The position numbers and the translations under genes are program-made. A stretch of DNA of 64,000 bases, from positions 8,962 through 72,961 of the forward strand of contig JBNJHD010000001.1 of assembly GCA_051819805.1 (NCBI GenBank). The letters run 5' to 3'. Origin of the DNA: Nanobdellota archaeon. Its GTDB lineage: Archaea; Nanobdellota; Nanobdellia; Woesearchaeales; SKGA01. The notes under the pieces are model-generated. The model did no database searches, was not told the origin of the DNA, and saw nothing but the letters and a program-made list of their open reading frames with translations. Shown in pieces: positions 41,601 to 50,600 of the stretch (positions are counted from its first letter, which is position 1; each line of letters starts with the position of its first letter).

Positions 41601-44600
41601 GCAAAGAATTATTCGATGAACAATATTCCTCCTTCAGACTACTATTCAATATTCAATGATACGTGGCAGAACGGAACTTACTCTATAATCATCTATGCGA
41701 ATGATACAACATCTGCACGATCACAAAGCGAAGAATTATTCATCATCGACAACGCTGATCTGACACTAGGACTCTTGACAGATTATCCTTCTTACGGACA
41801 GAATTCGGATGTCAATCTGCTGCCGACCACTGCAACGACGTGGTGGAATACGAATTACGGATATAAGCGAGTGAGAAATATCACGAACACTGCAGGAAAC
41901 CTGACCGAATACCAATTCTTCATTGAAGAGAACCTGTCACAAGCATATGCAGATGACCTTATCAACGATGATTGTAAGAGTGTGAGGTTCACTTATTATA
42001 ACAGCACTTCAAGAAAAGAAGAGAGAATACCATACTATGTTGATTATTGTAACTTGACCGTCGAAGATAATGCCGGGTTCTGGGTGAAAGTTCCTTTCCT
42101 TGAAAATGATACTGACACGAGAATTTCAATGTATTATGGTAACACGCAAGCGGACTCAGAAAGCAATCTCACTGAAGTATTCACCTATGATACTAGACAA
42201 ACAATAGGTTATGTCGTTTCAGATCTCACTGCAACAAATGGAGTGACGTTGACAGGAATAACTGCTGAAGGGTCGAATGTGCAAGTGGGAGGTTCAGTTT
42301 ATACTATCGGTGAGCTCCAGACAAGAACCCCTGGTACTTTAGAAGTATATGACCCGATCAAAGCAACGAATCCTGTACAAGTCGAAGGAAATGGTGCATA
42401 TGATGGTGTTGTCGTTCCGATATCATGGGCTTCAACAGAGTTCCTGCTCGCAGGAATGAGGGGAACAGAAGATTTCTGTATGCTCAGTCCTTGGGGTGAT
42501 GCTAGTGTTGACATCTATGATGGAAGCAGTGGAACGCCTGAGTGGAGTGGCACTATCAATAACACCGGAAACTGTATCAATAACGATATTACTGAACGGA
42601 ATACCGGACGTATCACTTCGGACAAGCCAATTCTCTTATTCAAGTCAACTTCCGATAGCAATGACGCTTATCCTGTGTATCCGGCTACAGATGAAGACTT
42701 ATATCTCGCTTCACTTTCCAATCAAGGGTATGTGGCTGCGGGAACGACAAGCACGACTGTTGACTTCTACGGAAGCAGTGGTGGAACAGGTTCAGAAACG
42801 ATACAGAATGTTGATGCGAATGCTGCCACTTACCTTACTACTGGAGATTCAGGATCAGGAGATGCAGTACGGTTCTCTGCAGATAATCCTGTAGGAGCTA
42901 TCCAGCAGGCAGACCATGACGGAACCGAATCCAGTGTTGCAGTACCTCGAAAAGAGATGAGTCCTGAATTTGCAGCAGCACATGACGCGCAATATATTGC
43001 TGTAGTGTCTGGCGATCAAGATGTTTCTTGTAGCATTTACGATACGAATGGACTGGTAGCTACAAACACTACAACGGGAAGCATAGCTAATCGTGTCTAC
43101 AAGACCTGCTTCGGCTGTGGCAATGATAATATCTTTGTCAATGGTCCGTGGAAGTTGGAATGTGACAAACCAGTGTGGGCGTATTATGAAGAGAACACTG
43201 ATGATGCGGAAACGAACATGATCAGTTATAAGCAGATGAGAACGAAAGTCTATCCAGAACCTGTAGTTTCAGAAAGTGAAGAACAGCAAGTGGGATCGCA
43301 CATATTCAACGACTTTGAAGATCAGGCATCAGGATACCTCTACCTGACAATCCAGACAAACAACTCAGGAAGCTGGCAACATGTCGATACAGTCGTTGAT
43401 GACATATCAACATCCACAAAAAGGGATATTCCACTCGTCTCAGGTCTCGATCTTTCATCAATATGGAATGCCACTCCGTGGAATACTGCCAATTATGATG
43501 CAGGAACATACAAGGTGTATGGTGAATTAAGGGCTCCTGATGGTTCTGTCCTTGAAAACACTAACGGGTCTGACATCAATGGATACTGGACTTTTACCAT
43601 CGAAGAACCCGATCTCCAACTTGATCTTGATGATATAAGAATATATGATCTTTCAAATACTGATAACTCAAATTGGCATTATTATACGAACGATCTTGAG
43701 GGTTCGGGTCTGAACACAACCTATACTTTAGGAAAAGATAAAATATACAGGGTTGAGGTTGATATACTCAATTCAGGAAGTTCCACATGGGATATCAACG
43801 AGACAGATGTGGATTACAATTATTTGAATAGTGTCTGGCCTGTCAATGAGACAGATGATATATGGTATTCAGATAAAACATCAATCTCCGATCGGAGAAA
43901 CGATGCTACAAAAACAACAGGTTCATTCGATGGGAATGTCTCATGGGATACTCTTGCTGATGATGGTAGCGTGAGTTCCTCAGGAACAGCAACGTTCTTC
44001 TTCATAGTCAACACGAGCACTGAAGAGACAAGACAAGTGAACTTCAATATAGAACACAGCACGTTCATCAAGAGTGATTATTCTACGTGGGAAATTATTG
44101 ATCTTGATGAAGAAATACCTTATATCATCAATGATAATTATAACATCACTACACTTGATATCATCCGAGGTAATGATTTAACCTTATTCGGTCAATGGAA
44201 TGAAGAGATTGATATGGCTAATGCCACCTACTCCACTTCAGGTCCTTCGACATATGTCACCACAACAGACACTAATCCTGGAGGAAACTGGACGAACTTC
44301 ACGATAACAAGCTATCCGACATGGTATCTGGGAGATCATGATGCGAAGCTCACTGCAAAAGACAAGAGCGGTAATGTGAATGACACGCTCGCTTATATTC
44401 CGTTCACAATCTGGGGTCTGGCGCAGATAGAGAGTATGACGTCAGATAACGAACCAGCAACAGAGCAGGAAAACGCAGTCTATGACACAGCTTATACAAC
44501 ACCATATTGTAACTCAACACGTTCACCATGTGTCGCTAACTCGAGCCTGCTCATGTCTTCAAATTCATATACTGATCAAAATGAGCCGAACCAGCCGAAT

Positions 44601-47600
44601 ACTGTTGATGGCTGTGCTGATGGTGGAAGTGGAGGATATGAAAGTGATGAATACGTCCAGAACATCACTATAGAAAGCTTGAACCATACGCTCATCCAAC
44701 GAGGAGACACGGTCAATGTCACAGCAACTGTATATGTTTATGATACCAATTCCGATTTTGTCAACTTCGTCTATGCGAATAACGCGTCAAGTCCAAGCTG
44801 GACAGTCATGGCGGGAGATGTGGCGCTGCCTGGAACCGGCTATCAGCAAGTGAGCACGACATTCAAGCTTGATGATGTATCAGGAGACCATGTCATTCGA
44901 GTCCTCAACGAGTACAATGGAGCAGCAACGACTACCTGTGCAAGCAACGGCTATCACGATAACGATGATGTGGTTTTTACCGTAGCAGAAGAGAATATTC
45001 CATTGCGATGTAAAGTGGTCGATGCGACAGACAGCGATAGTCCTATAGAAAACTATAACGTATCATTCTATAACAATGACGGACTGCTTGACTGGAAACT
45101 GACAGATTCACAAGGATACGCATATTACAGGTATTATGATCAGTCTCCAGGACCTGAAACACTCTCCTGTAAGATAAGAAATGATACAGTCAATTATTAC
45201 AAGACAGACAGCAATAACGAAAGTTCAATCAATATCAACACACTAGAAGATATTCCGCCGACATACTCAAGCGTTTCAGGACCTACGCCGGTACACAAGG
45301 GAGATGTCATTACGCTCTCGACATTATGGCAGGATAACTATCAACTAGACACTGCAACACTCCAGATAAACACGAGCGGAGCATACGTCGATGAAGATAC
45401 TATTGCTCTCTCTGGAAATGAGAGCTGGGCGAACTTCAGCTATACAATCTCTAACTCATTGCTTCCAGGAACCTTCGGGTGGAGACAGATCGCAAACGAC
45501 ACGTCAAAGAATACGAACCAGACTCCTGATCAGACATTAGAAGTGTGGGGATACTCGCGAGTCGATTCTTCATCAATCTCGCCTTCTAGCATCCAGGAGA
45601 CGAACAGCACGACGATGACATGTACAGTGCAAGATGCAGGTGACAACAGTGGACTTCAGGACTATGCAGTCTACTTCTGGTACAAGAACTCAAGTGAAAG
45701 TACATACACGGCTCTCGGTAGCAACACTACAGATGCAAGTGGACAGGCGAGCTACTCGTTTGTCGTTAATACAGCAGCAACATATGATGTGAAATGTAAT
45801 ATCACTGACAATGCAACGCAACAATATAATGTATCAAGTCCTGATAATAGGATTGAAGAACTGAATGTTATCGTAGGTGATGATACCCGACCGCCACAAA
45901 TCATCGGAGAAAACTATACAGTCACACCATCTCTGGTTCACAGAGGAGGCTGCATCGATATTTCAGGATTATGGGATGAAAATATCAGCGAAGCGTACGT
46001 CAGATACAACCAGACATCAACTGAATATACGCAAGTGAACATCTCAAGCCCGTACACTGGCAACTGGACGAACACGACCATCTGCACGAACGAGACATGG
46101 GATCTTGATGACTATACGTTCAAACTATTTGCAAAAGATCTAGAAGGAAATCGTAATGACACGCTCTCCTACAAGACAGTCGCAGTCAAAGGGCTGGCTC
46201 AACTTGAATGGGATGCGCCGACAGGAGACCAGAACAGGACTACGCTGAATGTCAGCTGTAAGGTCATCGATAACGAGACCGCTAACCCTATATCCGGATA
46301 TCCAGTAACGTTCTACGATGGGGATAAAGGTATTTCAATAGGAAATGATGATACGAACGCTTCAGGAATCGCACAGATACAATACGATTACTCGGGAGCG
46401 CTTGTCGGACCTGATGAACTCTCATGTACATTCAGCGATGAACCATCGCTCAACTACGAAACGACAGGATCAACAACTGTCTCAGAGACAATTGACTTCT
46501 ACGGATACCTCAACGCGACAATAGCAACCCCTGTTTCCGACCAGATCCTCCACAGAGGAACTGGAGAGTCGCTAGAGGTAAACGTCGTCGACGAGTTCGG
46601 TAACACGCCGCTTGACCAAAACGGCAACACAGCAGCGCTGTCAGCGATCTGGAGAAACGCTTCTTCAGACCAGATAGCGACAGGTACGACCACTACCTGG
46701 AATGTTCCATCAAGTTACCAGCTCGGAAGCGATACTCTAGAAGTCGATGTCTCTGAGACTTATTATTACCCTGACAACGATAGCCAGAACGTAGAGATAT
46801 GGAGCTATGCGCAAGTGGACTTGACAAGCCCGACTGCAGACACATACGGTGCTGGAGTCAATCTTGATATCAACTGTACCGTGACTGACGAAGCAAGCAC
46901 TGATTCTATTTCCGGCTACGATGTCAACTTTTATGATAATGGGGCCTTGCTCGGCACAGGGACAAGTGATGCCGCTGGAGAAGCGAGCTTGACCGTCAGC
47001 ACGGACACGCTCGGAGATGGCAGTCATGACTTGAGCTGTAACATCAGCGACAATCCTATAAACTATTATGAGGCAGGAGCGAACAAGGAAGATCTCGTCA
47101 GCATAACAGTAGACGGCTCGACACCGGAAATCTCATACGCTGCCAATACGGATACGAACGGAACGTATGACAAGACATGGATACTCGTCAATGTCACGTC
47201 AGTAGAAAGCAATCCTGACACTGCACTGCTCTACTGGAACGGAGTCCCTGAAGAATTCACTTACACGGACGGAACGAACTACTGGGTCAACAAGTCAGTA
47301 CTCTCAGACGGCAATTATGAGTTCTATGCGTACATCAACGATACAGCCGGCAATGAGAACCAGACCGGACTACGGAACGTCACGCTCGATACGACAGCTC
47401 CAGTAGTCACGCTCGACAATCCGCTCAACACGACATACAACACGTCATCATTTGATCTCAATTATACAGTCGTCGAAGAGAATCCTGATACGTGCTGGTA
47501 CAAGATAGACAGCAATCCGAACCAGACGATAGCAGGCTGTTCCAACATCACGATAGGATCGCTCGGCGAGGGAACACATACAGTCGTTATAGCAGCTAGC

Positions 47601-50600
47601 GATACGGTCGGACATGTTGACGAGGACAATGTCACATTCACGATAGACCAGACACTACCACAAGTCACAATAGATAACCCAGTGCTCGGTGTTGAATACA
47701 CTGATAATGATGTCGATCTCAATTACACAGTCAGTGATGACAGGAATGTGGATGAATGCTGGTATAAGCTCAATGGTGGAACCAAAGTCGCCATGCCAAG
47801 CTGCCAGAACACGACACTTACCAGTCTATCAAACGACAACCACACGATAGAAGTCTTCGCTAACGATACGGCAGGAAACATCAACTCATCATCACTCTGG
47901 TTTGAAGTGAACTATAGCGTGCTCACAGCAACACCACTTTATCCCGATAATGATACGATCATTGCCAGTCAGACGATAAATGTCAATGTCACGACGAACA
48001 AGCAGGCGAACGAGTGTAACTACTCTCTTGACGGTGGGGCTTATACTCCGATGACAAACTATACGTTGCTGGACTGGTCAGCATCAGCAGGTCCGCTCAC
48101 TGAATCAACACATAACGTCAGATTTACCTGTACAGATGGTATCAACACGTCAACGACAGATTTGGTCTATTTCACGATCGACGTGACAGGACCGACGATC
48201 ACCTATGAACTACCTACACCGGGAGATGGTGATGGTCGAGGAGTAGATTGGGCGGTTGTCAACGTCACGCTTGACGAACCGGGAGATACAGCGCTGCTCG
48301 AATGGGAGAACAGCACAGCTATCACGAACATCACGATGAACCAGCACAATAGCACCAGCTACTGGTACAACATGTCAGGACTGGCAGATGCGACGTACAA
48401 CTACACAGTCTACGCCAATGACACGATCGGCAACATGAACAACGCTTCAACACGAGAAGTGATCATATCAACAACAGCACCAGTCATACAACTGGATAGT
48501 CCGACAGCACAGGAATACACGACTAGTGTTATCGATCTGAATGTGAGTTCGAACATGGAAATTGATGAATGGTGGTATGAGTTCAATGGACGTAATTTCT
48601 CACTGATACCTAACACCACTATCACTGCAGAAATGAACGAGAATAAAATTACTGTCTATGGTAATGATACTTTCGGAAATATAGGAAATGAAAGCGTCAC
48701 GTTCATTGTGAATGCGACATCCTGGACGGATGACTTCACTGGACTCACAGGAATTTCCAGTAGCAGTAATGTAAAAACCGGAGGGGCTGCTCAGATCGAT
48801 CCGTGCTGGCCACTCTATCACGAAGAGGACAGTGACGACTATAACAGGGATACGTGCTGGCATTATCGAAAACCAGTAACAATAAGCGCGTCATCGCAGC
48901 TTAAAGACTACCAGATGCTACTCAACATCGACTTGAGCACTGAATACTCGCAAGGAAAACTACAGGATAACTGTGAAGACCTCAGATTAAGCTATTACAA
49001 CAGCACGAGCGGCGATGACCAGAAGATCAGTCACTGGATAGAAGATTGCAGCGACAAGAGCAACATCAGCGTGTGGGTCAAATCACCGCAGATAGACACT
49101 AGCTCGACAACACTGCATGCCTATTATGGAAATGACCGGGCAGGAGATAGTTCCAACGGAACGGCAGTCTTTGAGATGTTTGATAACTTCAACACAGTCT
49201 CATCGACGGACTGGGGAAGCAATGCAGCTAACTGGAACACTGAAAAAGGAGTGGCGTATCCGACTGTATCAGGATCAAGCTCCCGACTCACTCACGACTA
49301 TTCATTCGGCAGCACTTACGCAACAGAACTCTATATGAAAGCGAACGCGACAAGCGGTTCAGCAGGTTACTACGGACTTGGTAACGGTGCAGGAACAAAG
49401 TATTTACGACTCTATCTTGAACCGTCAAATAATAGGGTAAGTCTCTACAATGGAGCGAATAATTACTACTCTCTCGATTCAGGATCGTACCAGAAATACA
49501 CTATCATCTCAGACTATACGAATGATGAATACAAACTGCTCATCAACAATTCACAAACAGCACTTGATCTCTCATCAGCAGCATCATCAAGTACATCGTC
49601 GCCCACGTTCTATTCATACTATACTAACGGTCTTTATCTTGATCACATAGCGATAAGGAAGTATGCAGGTAATACTCCTTCCATGGATGCTATTGGTGCT
49701 GAACAGCAACCGACAGTCAATGGATCAGTGGAAAGCATTGTCGTCAAACCTCTCGAACTCTATAGTTGGGATACGTTTTCAGCAACAGTAAATACTCCTG
49801 GAACGACCAGTCTCACCTTCCACCTACTTAATGAATCGGGAAGCGATCTCTGTGGTGACATCTCTGAAGCACAGATAACAAGCGGTTATGAAGTCTGTAG
49901 CGCTGCAAACTCATATGATAGTATTGTTCTTCAGGCAAACTTGACGACAGCTTCATCATCCGAAACACCGCAGATAGACTCATGGACCATCAACTGGAGC
50001 GAAACAATAACGACACAACCTGATCTCATCATCAATTCGATAAACTTCACGCCAGAAAGGTTCATCGAGAACAAGAACGTGACTGTCAATATCAACGTGT
50101 CAAACAACGGAAGCGCGGACGCAGGAGAATCAACAGTTAGGCTCAATGTCTTGCTCTGGAAAGGGAGCAGGATTCTCAAGAAAACATACGAAGAGAATGT
50201 GACTTTACCAGTAGGAGCGTCGACAATCGTCAGCTTCAACTGGACAGCAGCCATAGGAACGCACATCTTTGACGCGTATGCCGATGCAGATAATGTTATT
50301 CTCGAAAGCAATGAGACAAACAACAACCTCACAGTCAACGGTTCCACGTCAGCATGGCAGACGTTCTACGGGAACTACAGCTATACCTACTTCCTAGGAG
50401 ATGCTGATAATAGGAGTTACATGAACTGGTCAAACTTCGTCGCAAAAGGAAACATATACTATTCAGATGTGGATGCCAGCTACTATCCATTCGACCTGCA
50501 ACCGCTTGACGGAACGAACGACTTCACAGAAGCGGATACAGCACTTGGCATGACATACTTCAACGATTCCATCAGTAAAGAATTCGACAGCAATAATGAT

